Assembly (NCBI GenBank): GCA_965224245.1
Contig: OZ245046.1
Coordinates: forward strand, 352,001 to 416,000
Direction of reading: 5' to 3'
Length of the DNA stretch: 64,000 bases
Source: Candidatus Eiseniibacteriota bacterium
GTDB taxonomy: Bacteria > Eisenbacteria > RBG-16-71-46 > CAZAMP01
Under the pieces are notes generated by a model. It ran no database searches. It saw nothing but the letters and a program-made list of their open reading frames with translations, and was not told where the DNA came from. How positions within the stretch are numbered: the stretch's first letter is position 1; each line of letters begins with the position of its first letter. The position numbers and the translations under genes are program-made. This document shows, one piece after another, positions 37,691-46,814 of the stretch.

Positions 37691-39712
37691 TCAATCTCGC
37701 ATGGCGAGTCCCTCGACGTGCTCGGTGCCGACCGGAACGACGAGGCTGCTGCCCTCGAGATCGTCGCCGATCGGCTCCGCTCGTCCGCCCAGATGCTCCG
37801 CCAGGAACGACTCCACCACGGCGCGGAACGCGAGATCGTTGGCCGGGCGCCGGAGCCCGTGTCCCTCGCCCTCGAACAGCAGGTAGGTCACCGGGACGTC
37901 GTTGGCCGTCATCGCGGCGACCATCTGCTCGGCCTCCCGCACCGGCACGCGCGAGTCGTTCTTGCCCTGCATGATGAGCAGCGGTCGCCGGATCTCGGCC
38001 GCGTCGAAGAGCGGTGACTGGGTGCGGAGCTCCGCGCGGCCCGCATCCGTCGTGGCGTCGCCGACCCGCAGGAGATACTCGCGCCGAAACGCACGCCAGT
38101 ACTCGGGAAGACCATCGTAGAGGGTGATGAGACTCGTCGACCCCGACGAGCTCACGGCACACGCAAATCGCTCCGGACTCGTCGTGAGGACGCGCAGCGC
38201 GAAGTAGCCGCCGACCGACGCCCCCATCACGGCCATGCGCTCGCGGTCGGCGATCCCGACGGTCACCGCCCAGTCCGCGGCATCCACGATGTCGTTGGTC
38301 ATGCGTCGGCCCCACTGGCGGTTGCCGGCATTCAGCCTTGCCTTTCCGCGGCCGGTGGAGCCGCGATAGTTGGGGAGGATCACGGCGTATCCGCGATTCG
38401 CGAGCCACTGACCGAAAAGATCGAATCCCACCCGGGAGCGATCCCACGGTCCTCCGTGCGGCAGCACGATCGTGGGAACGGGCACGTCGGGGCGTCCGTT
38501 CCCGTCGGCGTCGGCGCCGTGCGGAAGCACCACGAACACGGTCATGTCGTGACCGTCGCGCGTGCGAACCGTCTCCGGACGCATCGGCGTGAAGGCGTGT
38601 CCGTCGAGCGCGGGGTAGACGTCGACGAGCGTCCGGAAGCGAGCGGGCATCCGTTCCACGAGGACGTAGCTCGCGGGGTCGGTGCCACTTCGATAGGCGC
38701 TGAACGCGGATCCGTCGCCGGTGAAGGCGGTGATGTCGATCCGGCCGGGCAGCTCGGACTCGAGCCGATCGAAGACATCCGTCCAGTCCGGATCCAGAAC
38801 GTGCCATCGCTGGTGACCGTCATCCACGGCGTAGGCGATCGGTGCACCCGTTCGCGGGTGGAGCGCGACGTCCACGACGTCGAGCGCGTCGTGTGCGGCG
38901 ACGAGCGCCCGCGTGCCTCTGGCCACGTCGATCTCCACCAGCGCATACGTGTCGCGCCGGTGGGCGTCCAGCGCGAGGAACCGATCGCCGTCCTCGTGAA
39001 ATCCGAGGATCTCGAAGCCTCGCGCGTCCGCGAACGGGATCGTGAGCAGCGGGACGACCTGACCGGAGTCGTCGAGACGGTCGAGCCGGACGTCGCCCGT
39101 CGAGGGGTCGGTGTACCGGAGGAGGCGGAGGCGGCCCCGGCGATCGACGTGAAGGCCCACGTAGCCGGCGTCATTCTGGAAGAGCGAGACACGCTCCCCG
39201 GTCACCAGGTCGATCCGGTAGAGGTCCGCCCGCTCGGGAACGCGGTCGTTCATCGAGACGATCACGTGATCCGGGTCGTGAGCGGAGAGGGCTTCGATCG
39301 TGGCGCGCTCACCCTCGCCGGGAGTCAGCGGTCGGAGCGAGCCGGCGTCGAGATCCAGACACTGGATGCGGAAACGCTCGTCACCGGCGTTGTCGGACAG
39401 GAAGAGCAGGCGCCTGCCATCGGGCGTCCACCGGGGATCGAAGACTCCGAGCGACGAGCGCGTCAACGGACGCGCGTCGTCCGCGTCGTCCCCGACGGAC
39501 GCCATCCAGAGGTTCGGCACCCTCTCCAGCGGCGCGATGAACACGTAGCGATCGCCGTCCGGGCTCATCGTCACGTCCTGCGGCGCGGCCTGGGACGAGA
39601 ATGCGGTGCGAGGGATGAGCGGGACATCCACGCCGATGGCGTCGGGGTGCGATGTCGCGGACGCGAGCACCGGGACGACGGAGGTCAGGACGAGGAGCGA
39701 TCGGCATGACAC
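37691..39712 (-). CDS. Exported S9-family (prolyl oligopeptidase / acylaminoacyl peptidase-like) serine peptidase
   Basis: PHGGPW, LANRGYAV, NYRGSTGRG, nucleophile GASVGG, QGKNDSRV (Asp), EGHG (His); N-terminal propeller and signal-like sequence. Confidence 0.95.
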   Translation of the reverse strand: MSCRSLLVLTSVVPVLASATSHPDAIGVDVPLIPRTAFSSQAAPQDVTMSPDGDRYVFIAPLERVPNLWMASVGDDADDARPLTRSSLGVFDPRWTPDGRRLLFLSDNAGDERFRIQCLDLDAGSLRPLTPGEGERATIEALSAHDPDHVIVSMNDRVPERADLYRIDLVTGERVSLFQNDAGYVGLHVDRRGRLRLLRYTDPSTGDVRLDRLDDSGQVVPLLTIPFADARGFEILGFHEDGDRFLALDAHRRDTYALVEIDVARGTRALVAAHDALDVVDVALHPRTGAPIAYAVDDGHQRWHVLDPDWTDVFDRLESELPGRIDITAFTGDGSAFSAYRSGTDPASYVLVERMPARFRTLVDVYPALDGHAFTPMRPETVRTRDGHDMTVFVVLPHGADADGNGRPDVPVPTIVLPHGGPWDRSRVGFDLFGQWLANRGYAVILPNYRGSTGRGKARLNAGNRQWGRRMTNDIVDAADWAVTVGIADRERMAVMGASVGGYFALRVLTTSPERFACAVSSSGSTSLITLYDGLPEYWRAFRREYLLRVGDATTDAGRAELRTQSPLFDAAEIRRPLLIMQGKNDSRVPVREAEQMVAAMTANDVPVTYLLFEGEGHGLRRPANDLAFRAVVESFLAEHLGGRAEPIGDDLEGSSLVVPVGTEHVEGLAMRD

Positions 39713-39730
39713 GAGGGTGTCCTCCCGAGG

Positions 39731-40375
39731 TCATCGTGCGGGGCCGCTCGAGGCCCCGATCACGGTGGTGGCCATCGCCACGATGTCGGCGACGAGCTGA
39801 TCGCGATCGATGGATTCCGCCTCGACGTCGGTGTCCGGAGCGATCACGAGCTGGTCCTTGCTGATCGAGACGACGTAGCCGACGGCCCGCGACACGCGCT
39901 CGGCCAGCCCGGGATCGGCGCGCTCGCCGTCGAGGAGAAATGCCTCGCAGGCCCGTCGGTGATCGGAGATCTCCTCGAGAACGTCCTGCGGAGGACCGCC
40001 CGGTGTCTGGAGCCAGGTGCGGATCAGGAAGCTCCTGAGGACGCCTGCCTCGCGCGTGTGCAGGTCCACGAACGCCCGTGCCACGGCGGCGACCCGCTCG
40101 CGCATGGAGAGGGGCGTGCGCTCGACCGCCAGCGCCGTCCGGAGGTGACGATCGCGTCGCTCGCGGTAGCGCGACTGCACGACGTCGAGCAGCGCCTCTC
40201 GGGACGGGAAGTGTGCATAGAGGCCCCCGACCGAGATCCCGGCCTCGATCGCGAGGCCGGGCATCGTCAGCTCGGCGAACGGGCTCTCGTTCAGGAGCCG
40301 CTCGGCGGTCCGGAGGATGCGTTCCCGGGTCTCGCGGCTGCGGCGCTGGCGTGGCGGACGCATCGGTTGTTGCAT
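39731..40375 (-). CDS. TetR/AcrR family transcriptional regulator
   Basis: PRQRRSRETRERIL, LAIEAGISVGGLYAHFPSREALL helix-turn-helix. Confidence 0.93.
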   Translation of the reverse strand: MQQPMRPPRQRRSRETRERILRTAERLLNESPFAELTMPGLAIEAGISVGGLYAHFPSREALLDVVQSRYRERRDRHLRTALAVERTPLSMRERVAAVARAFVDLHTREAGVLRSFLIRTWLQTPGGPPQDVLEEISDHRRACEAFLLDGERADPGLAERVSRAVGYVVSISKDQLVIAPDTDVEAESIDRDQLVADIVAMATTVIGASSGPAR

Positions 40376-40382
40376 GGGATGG

Positions 40383-40411
40383 ACAATAAACGAAACAGAA
40401 TTCGGTTTCAA
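40383..40411 (-). promoter_or_regulatory. Sigma70 promoter TTGAAA-N17-TATTGT overlapped by an 18-bp palindromic operator
   Basis: -35 at 40411-40406, -10 at 40388-40383, 7 nt upstream of the tetR ATG; palindrome GAAACAGAATTCGGTTTC at 40392-40409. Confidence 0.8.
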
Positions 40412-40628
40412 GACTCGAATCGGATCCTCCGGAGCCGCATCCACCGCATGGTCTGGTAGTCGCCGTCGTCGGGCATCCTGGGCGTTTCCCGGCACATCGC
40501 GGGGCGCCTCCGAGGACTGACGCCGCGGTTCCGCGGACAGGTTCGTCGGGTCCCCCGCGGCCAGCGGGTGGGTCGCCGGCGTGGTACGATTCCACCCGAA
40601 ACGCGCCGACCCCCGGGCCGTTCCGGTC

Positions 40629-40648
40629 GTCACGTCACGTCACGTCAC
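40629..40648 (+). repeat. Pentanucleotide tandem repeat (GTCAC)4
   Basis: gtcacgtcacgtcacgtcac immediately before the GGGAGGGAGG RBS of the next gene. Confidence 0.85.
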
Positions 40649-40663
40649 GGGAGGGAGGGTCCC

Positions 40664-43162
40664 ATGTACCCCCGATCGCGGCTTCACTGGCGGCCCGTCA
40701 GCCGCATCACGTCGCGCGCCACCGCCGTCTTGCTCGCGATGCTCGCCGTCGCCGCCTCCGGCCGCCCGGCCGGCGCGGGCGATGCCTTCACGCTCACGGG
40801 ACACGTCGAGTTCGAAGACGGATCTCCCGCGCCGGGGGCGTTCGTCTCCATCAACGGGCTCGACGTGGCCGTCCACGTCGATGAGACCGGCGCGTTCGAG
40901 ATCTCCGGCCCTGCGGGCCGGGTCGAGACCCTCGTGCTCGACGCGGTGTCGCGCCGCGACGAGATCAGCCAGGTCGCCTCGCTGGAGCTCGACGGTGCCA
41001 CGACTCAGGGCACCATCGACGTCGGACTCGTGAGCCTCGCCCCGACCTGCGACGGTCCGGTGGTCACGTTCGAAGGCGAGTTCTTGCCGGGGCGAATCTA
41101 CGCCCTCGACCGCGAGTACGACACCGTGGTGGCCGTCGGTCGGGAGGAGAGCGACGACGAGGTGTTCCGGGTCTTCGACATCGCCGACCCGGCGAGCCCC
41201 GTGCTCGTGTCCACGATGCCGGTCGATGGATACGTCGACGACGTGATCCTCGAGGGGGCGGTCGCCTACTTCACCGAGTCGGGTGCCGGCGTGCACGTCG
41301 TGGACTGGGCCGCCCTGCCCATGCCGATCTCGCTGTCGATTGCACCGACCGGCCCGACACCGGGGCGCCTGGTGCTCCTGGACGCGACGCACCTCCTGGT
41401 CTCCGACTGGAACATGGGGCTCAGCGTCGTCGACGCCAGCGATCCCACCGCGCCGATCGTCTACCAGTCTCCGCTGGTCGGAGCGTATGGCGAGTACATC
41501 GGCTACCACGCGGTCCGCGACGGGCTCGCCTTCCTGGCCACGGCATCCGGTCTCGAGATCTACGATCCCCTGTCCACGCTGATCCTGGGATCGCTGGCCC
41601 TCCCGGGCGACGAGCCCGCCACCTCGGTGACCCTCGACGACGATCTCGCCTACATCACGTCGAAGGCGGGACTCGCCATCGCCGACGTGGCGGACCTCGC
41701 GGCGCCGGTGATGATCTCGTGGTCCCCCTTGCTCATGAGCGAGGACGCCGACGTCGAGAACGGCCTGGCCTACCTCGTCGGCTCCACGTTCGCCGGCGGT
41801 TACCTCATGATCGTCGACGTGTCCGATCCCATGACTCCAGTGCTGCGCTCCTTGCTCGAAGCGGGCTACCACCATCGCGCGTCGCTTCAGGTCTCGGGAG
41901 GTCGGGCCCTCGTCGCCGCGCTGAGTCGCGATTTCATGTTCGCCGATCTCCGGGATCCCATTGGAAACGGCATCGCCGGGTTCATCGAGATGCCCTCCAA
42001 CCTGAAGCCCACTGCACTCGTGGACGGCATCCTGGCCGGACCCACGCGGTACTACCCCGGGATGGCGTTCGTCGACGTCTCCGACATCCGGGCGCCGGTC
42101 CTGAAGTCCTGGGTCATGACCGGCGACTACAAGAACGACATCGAGATCCACGGCGGGAACGCGTTCGTGGCCGGCGACGGGGGTGTGCAGATCTTCGACG
42201 TCACCGATCCCACCAGTCCGAGCGAGCTCGCGTACATCACGACCGGCTCCCGCACCGGGCAGGTGGACGTGCACGGCGACCTGGCCTATCTCGCCGCCAA
42301 CCAGCTCCGGATCTACGACGTTTCCGATCCGTCCAATCCCGGTCTGATCTCCTCGTTCGGGGTCGGCGGCGTGGCCAACGACCTGAAGATCAAGGACGGC
42401 GTGGCCTACGTCTCCACGGGGCTCGATCTGGCGATCGTCGACGTCGAGAACCCCTGGCTACCGCATCTCATAGGGGAGCGCCCGGGCTCCAGCGCAAGTG
42501 TGGACGTGCTCGACGAGACCCTCCTCGTAGGCGACGAGCTGGGCTACACGGACGTCTACGACGTGAGCGAGCCGGCGAACCCCTCGTTCCTGACGTCGAT
42601 GGAGTTCATCGGAGACCTCTCCGTGTCCGGGAACCGCGTGGCGTCGACCCGGAGCCTCGGCCGTCTCGAGATCTTCGACCTGAGCGACCCGATGGAGCCG
42701 GTCCTCGTCGAGTCGATTCCAGGGTGGGGCTACCTCTACGTGGCGGGCGCGCTGCTCACGCGAGAGAACCTCTACATCGGCACCGGGACCGGCAGCGGCG
42801 CGGCCCGGTTCGCCCTTCAGATCAACGACTTCATGTGCAGGGGTGACGACATCGGGGGCACGGTCTCGGTCCCCGGACAGTCCCTCGAGCCGTTTCGGCT
42901 GGAGGTGTTCGGCGCCAATCCGTTCCGATCCGGAGTCGAGATGGAAATCGTCCTCGGGTCGACGATGCGACTCCATGCCGGCATCTACGGCGTGAGCGGC
43001 CGGCTGGTGTGGTCCGAGTCCGCGACGCTGGCCGCGGGGCGGCACCGCTTCCGCTGGGATGGACGGAGCTCCGCCGGCGAGAGCGCGCCTCCCGGCGTGT
43101 ACTTCATCCGGGTGGAGAGTCCAATCGGTGACGTGACCCAGAAGCTGACGCTCGTGAGGTAG
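40664..43162 (+). CDS. Secreted LVIVD-repeat beta-propeller protein with N-terminal carboxypeptidase-regulatory-like domain and FlgD-Ig C-terminal domain
   Basis: LTGHVEFEDGSPAPGAFV; many [IV]-x-D-V-S-D-P-x-x-P repeats; ANPFRS...WDGRSSAGESAPPGVYFIRV. Confidence 0.9.
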   Translation: MYPRSRLHWRPVSRITSRATAVLLAMLAVAASGRPAGAGDAFTLTGHVEFEDGSPAPGAFVSINGLDVAVHVDETGAFEISGPAGRVETLVLDAVSRRDEISQVASLELDGATTQGTIDVGLVSLAPTCDGPVVTFEGEFLPGRIYALDREYDTVVAVGREESDDEVFRVFDIADPASPVLVSTMPVDGYVDDVILEGAVAYFTESGAGVHVVDWAALPMPISLSIAPTGPTPGRLVLLDATHLLVSDWNMGLSVVDASDPTAPIVYQSPLVGAYGEYIGYHAVRDGLAFLATASGLEIYDPLSTLILGSLALPGDEPATSVTLDDDLAYITSKAGLAIADVADLAAPVMISWSPLLMSEDADVENGLAYLVGSTFAGGYLMIVDVSDPMTPVLRSLLEAGYHHRASLQVSGGRALVAALSRDFMFADLRDPIGNGIAGFIEMPSNLKPTALVDGILAGPTRYYPGMAFVDVSDIRAPVLKSWVMTGDYKNDIEIHGGNAFVAGDGGVQIFDVTDPTSPSELAYITTGSRTGQVDVHGDLAYLAANQLRIYDVSDPSNPGLISSFGVGGVANDLKIKDGVAYVSTGLDLAIVDVENPWLPHLIGERPGSSASVDVLDETLLVGDELGYTDVYDVSEPANPSFLTSMEFIGDLSVSGNRVASTRSLGRLEIFDLSDPMEPVLVESIPGWGYLYVAGALLTRENLYIGTGTGSGAARFALQINDFMCRGDDIGGTVSVPGQSLEPFRLEVFGANPFRSGVEMEIVLGSTMRLHAGIYGVSGRLVWSESATLAAGRHRFRWDGRSSAGESAPPGVYFIRVESPIGDVTQKLTLVR

Positions 43163-43200
43163 GTGGCGTTCACGGGGATGCGTTGCCGAGCACGAGGTCG

Positions 43201-45411
43201 TCAGCGTGCGAGCAGCGTGATCCGTTCGGTGACCACCGACTGCCGGGACTCAACCTGTACGAAGTAGACACCGGGTGCGACCGCTTGCCCCGTGACGTTC
43301 GTGCCGTCCCAGACCAGAGATCCGCCGTGCGGCAGGCGCTTGCCGTTCGCGAGCGATGCGATGCGACGACCGGTGACGTCGAGCACGCGGACGGTGACCG
43401 GTGTCGTCGATCGGGCGTCGATCCACACACGTGAGCCCACCCTCGACGGATTGGGATGGACCCACGGCGTACGGGCCGGCATCACGGGCTCGACGCCGAC
43501 CCCGATCGTGACGTCGCATGCTGCATCGAGCAGCGTGATCCGTCCGTCGAAGCCGCCCGACGCGTAGACCCGCTCCTCGGCGACGGTGAGGAAGCGGGCG
43601 GGGGTATCCGTCGGGAGAAGCCCGACCGCTCGCGGAGCGGATTCATCGGAGACGTCGAAGATCTGGATGCCCGTGTCACCACCGGCGTAGAGGTGATGTC
43701 CCGCGAGCGTCAGCCCGTGCGCCTCGTGAAAGGCGCCCCCCAGGTTCCAGAGTGGGGATGCCGAACCCGGCGATGCGGTGTCGATCGCCTGGAGCGAGTT
43801 GATCAGGCTCACGAAGGTGACCGGGCCCAGATTGACCGGCGAGCTCGCCTCGAAGAGACGCATCGAGTCCGTGACGAGCGGCGAGGCGGGATCGGTCACG
43901 TCGACGACGTCGAGCCAGTTGCCGCCGGTCACCACCGCCACGCCATCGGTGACGTCCACGCCGTTTCCGGAGCCCGGTGAGAGGGCCGTGCTCGCGTGCA
44001 GCACGAGCGTCGCCGGAACCGCCACGTCGACGACGTGGAGGCTCCCGCCGCCGCCGACGTAGGCCAACCCGCCGTCCACGTCGATCGATCGCGGTGACGT
44101 CGGCAGGGCCAGCGTGCTCGTCACGACGGGTGCGGCCGGATCGGTCACGTCGACGACGCCGAGCCCCACGTCGGCGATCGCGGCCAGGATCAGGGGCCCC
44201 TCGAGATGCACGAGGTCCCGGACGTCGCCGATCGGTATGGTGGCCAGGATGACCGGGTCGTCGGGACTCGACCAGTCCACACTCCTGAGCCCATCGGTGC
44301 GGCCGGAGACGAAGACCGTCCCATCGAGATCCACGACCGAGCCCGCGAAGCCACCCACGTCGAGGGTCGCGTGTGGTGTGGGCAGCGGATCCCCGTCGAG
44401 GGCGAGCTCGAGGACCATGGAGACGTAGGAGCCCCAGTCGCCGCGCGCGACGGGCCGCTGGTCGACGACCGCGACGTCGTACAGCGAGAGCCCCTCGGGC
44501 AGCGGGAGCCGTGCCGTCACCAACGGCTGGGCGGGATCGGTCCCGTCGACTCGACGGACGGTGCCCCCGCCGATGGCGATCAGCTCGGCGCCCAGCATGG
44601 CGACGTCGGTCGCCGGCTCGAGCCACGTGCCGACGATGCCGGGATCGGACGGGTCGGCCAGGTCGACGACCCGGACGCCGCCGCTGCCGTGCGCGAGGTA
44701 GGCAGTGGCCTCCCCGGCGGCGAGATCCCAGATCGGGGGAAGGGGGGAGAGCGTGCCCACCTCCGATGGTGCCGCGGGATCGACGGCGTCGAAGACGACG
44801 AGGGCGTGGGTATTGGCGGTCACCTCGGCGCGGACGACGAGAACGTCTCCGACGACGTCCACGGCGAACGCGTCTCCCGGCACCATCGCATCCCCGGCCG
44901 CGACCGGAGCGAGAGGATCGCTCGCGTCGACGACGAGGAGGTCACCATTTACGATCACGTACAGCCACGTGCCGAGCTGCGCGAGGTCGTTCGCGTGATC
45001 CTCGAGGTCCAGCTCGCCCAGGGCGACGGGCGTTTCGGGGTCGCTCAGATCGGTCGTGAGGATGCGGTAGCGACACCCGTACTTGTCGCATCCCGAGACG
45101 GCGACATGGGCGAGGGTGCCGTCGATCGCCAGCCCCGTCACGGGGGCGCCGGCGTCGAACGAGGACACGAAGCGAGCGGCCGCGCCGACGTCTCGGATCA
45201 CGACGCTGCCGAGACGACCCTCGTAGGTCGTGCCGTACAGGAGGAGGGATCCGGACGAGGCAAGACGCGTGATCGTCGAGCCAGTCGCGAACCCTCCCGC
45301 GAAGCGCTGATGGCTCGGAACGTCGACGCAGGCCGCATCCACGGACGCGGCGAATGAGAGCATGCCCAGCAGAGCGGCGTAGCGCGTCTTCAGGGGCGCC
45401 TCCCTCGCCAA
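43201..45411 (-). CDS. Secreted LVIVD-repeat beta-propeller protein with FlgD-Ig C-terminal domain
   Basis: VVDVTDPAAP-type repeats; signal-like N-terminus; HPNPSR...WDGTNVTGQAVAPGVYFVQV. TATACT -10 hexamer upstream near 45444-45449. Confidence 0.9.
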   Translation of the reverse strand: MAREAPLKTRYAALLGMLSFAASVDAACVDVPSHQRFAGGFATGSTITRLASSGSLLLYGTTYEGRLGSVVIRDVGAAARFVSSFDAGAPVTGLAIDGTLAHVAVSGCDKYGCRYRILTTDLSDPETPVALGELDLEDHANDLAQLGTWLYVIVNGDLLVVDASDPLAPVAAGDAMVPGDAFAVDVVGDVLVVRAEVTANTHALVVFDAVDPAAPSEVGTLSPLPPIWDLAAGEATAYLAHGSGGVRVVDLADPSDPGIVGTWLEPATDVAMLGAELIAIGGGTVRRVDGTDPAQPLVTARLPLPEGLSLYDVAVVDQRPVARGDWGSYVSMVLELALDGDPLPTPHATLDVGGFAGSVVDLDGTVFVSGRTDGLRSVDWSSPDDPVILATIPIGDVRDLVHLEGPLILAAIADVGLGVVDVTDPAAPVVTSTLALPTSPRSIDVDGGLAYVGGGGSLHVVDVAVPATLVLHASTALSPGSGNGVDVTDGVAVVTGGNWLDVVDVTDPASPLVTDSMRLFEASSPVNLGPVTFVSLINSLQAIDTASPGSASPLWNLGGAFHEAHGLTLAGHHLYAGGDTGIQIFDVSDESAPRAVGLLPTDTPARFLTVAEERVYASGGFDGRITLLDAACDVTIGVGVEPVMPARTPWVHPNPSRVGSRVWIDARSTTPVTVRVLDVTGRRIASLANGKRLPHGGSLVWDGTNVTGQAVAPGVYFVQVESRQSVVTERITLLAR

Positions 45412-45716
45412 ACAGACCCAGACTTCAACGTTTGATGGTCGAGAGTATAGCTCGGCGGGGGCTCAGGTTGCGACGTTCGATTCTCGGGCATCACTCACCG
45501 GGACCATGCCGGCATCCCGATCGGGCTCGCGCGCATGACCGATGATCGCAATCGTCGGGGCGCGCTCCCGGACGCGTGCCGACGGACGTCGGACGCCGGC
45601 GCGCCGACCTGTGGTACCGTGCGAAGCGGTCGTCTCGGGTCTGAGCGCGCAGACGACGAACACGCGAGTCGTCGATCGACCTCGCATCACGAGATCCGAG
45701 CCCCCGTGGGAGTCCT

Positions 45717-45962
45717 GTGATGGAGCTGGCACTGGTGGGACTCGGGACGTTCCTCGTCAACGTCCCGTTCGGCTTCTGGCGCGGCGGTACCCGTCGCTTC
45801 TCGTGGCGCTGGTTTCTGGCCGTTCACGCACCGGTGCCCCTCGTGGCCACGATGCGCTATCTGGCCGGGGTCCACTGGAGCGCGGTCACGTTCCCCATCC
45901 TGATCGGCAGCTACTTCGCCGGCCAGCTCCTGGGCACCCGGCTGTATCGCGCGCGCGTGTGA
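45717..45962 (+). CDS. Small conserved-looking membrane protein
   Basis: Hydrophobic 81-aa ORF with NVPFGFWR...FSWRWFLAVHAPVP and GQLLG; GGGAG RBS. Confidence 0.8.
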   Translation: MMELALVGLGTFLVNVPFGFWRGGTRRFSWRWFLAVHAPVPLVATMRYLAGVHWSAVTFPILIGSYFAGQLLGTRLYRARV

Positions 45963-46101
45963 CCCCGGTGCCGAGCTCGGGGGCGCCCGGGACGTGAGTC
46001 GTCGCCGCCTCCGCGGCGGGAAGGCTCGCGACCCGGATCATCGCGGCGGGTGCCCGGGTCCGGGCACCCGCCGCGCTCGGATACGCATCGGTCGGATCGG
46101 G

Positions 46102-46626
46102 TCAGTGACCGAAGTGCATCTGGAACGTCACGAAGTCGCCGAGATCCACGAAGAAGCTATCGTCGAAATCACCGCAGGGACCCGGCCCGGAGAACAGTGC
46201 CGAGAAGAGCACGAAGTCGGCCAGGTTCACCAGACCGTTCGCGTCGATGTCGGGCGAGATCACCTCCGGGGTCTCCGCAAAGGCGCCGCCCGAGCTGAAG
46301 AACACCACGGGAGCGGTCACGCATCCCCCGGCGCGCACGTTCCAGACGGCGACACCATCGGGCCCCGTGACGGCGGGCACGATGGCCGGCTCCGCTGGAT
46401 GGAGCCACAGACCCGCAGCCAGTGCGGGGCCGAGATCCATGAAGACGGTCTCGCCGGCGCAGGGCACCCCTGCGACGTCGAACGTCGCGCGGATCTCCAT
46501 GTCGCCCGAGGGACACACCGACACGGAAACCGGGGGCGCGGTGACCCCGGTGCAGGCGGCGAAGGCGCCGGTGCCGGTGCTGACCAGCACGCAGGCGACG
46601 CCGATCGAGAGCAAGGTTCGAGCCAT
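46102..46626 (-). CDS. Small secreted Ig-like protein with dockerin-like (paired EF-hand) C-terminus
   Basis: GAGGAG RBS; signal peptide ending AFA; SPDIDANGLVNLADF...CGDFDDSFFVDLGDF...HFGH. Confidence 0.85.
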   Translation of the reverse strand: MARTLLSIGVACVLVSTGTGAFAACTGVTAPPVSVSVCPSGDMEIRATFDVAGVPCAGETVFMDLGPALAAGLWLHPAEPAIVPAVTGPDGVAVWNVRAGGCVTAPVVFFSSGGAFAETPEVISPDIDANGLVNLADFVLFSALFSGPGPCGDFDDSFFVDLGDFVTFQMHFGH

Positions 46627-46814
46627 GACGATTCTCCTCGCGTTTCGAGTCGCAAGCGGGCAGTCGAACGGGTCCGTCGTCCGTGCGGGTCTTGACGATG
46701 GAGCGGACGGCCGGACGCCCGGTCATACTCAGGAGTGCGGAATCGGAGGAAGATCTGTCACCCCGGGGCTCCGGAATCCTCCGGGCACGGACTCCATCGG
46801 GCCCGGCCGGGTGC

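Noticed and set aside
36849-38807. 652-aa ORF as a single protein overlapping the S9 peptidase
   Set aside because: Only the last 260 aa (from ATG 37631, with RBS and signal peptide) look real; the rest is an alternate frame of the peptidase gene.
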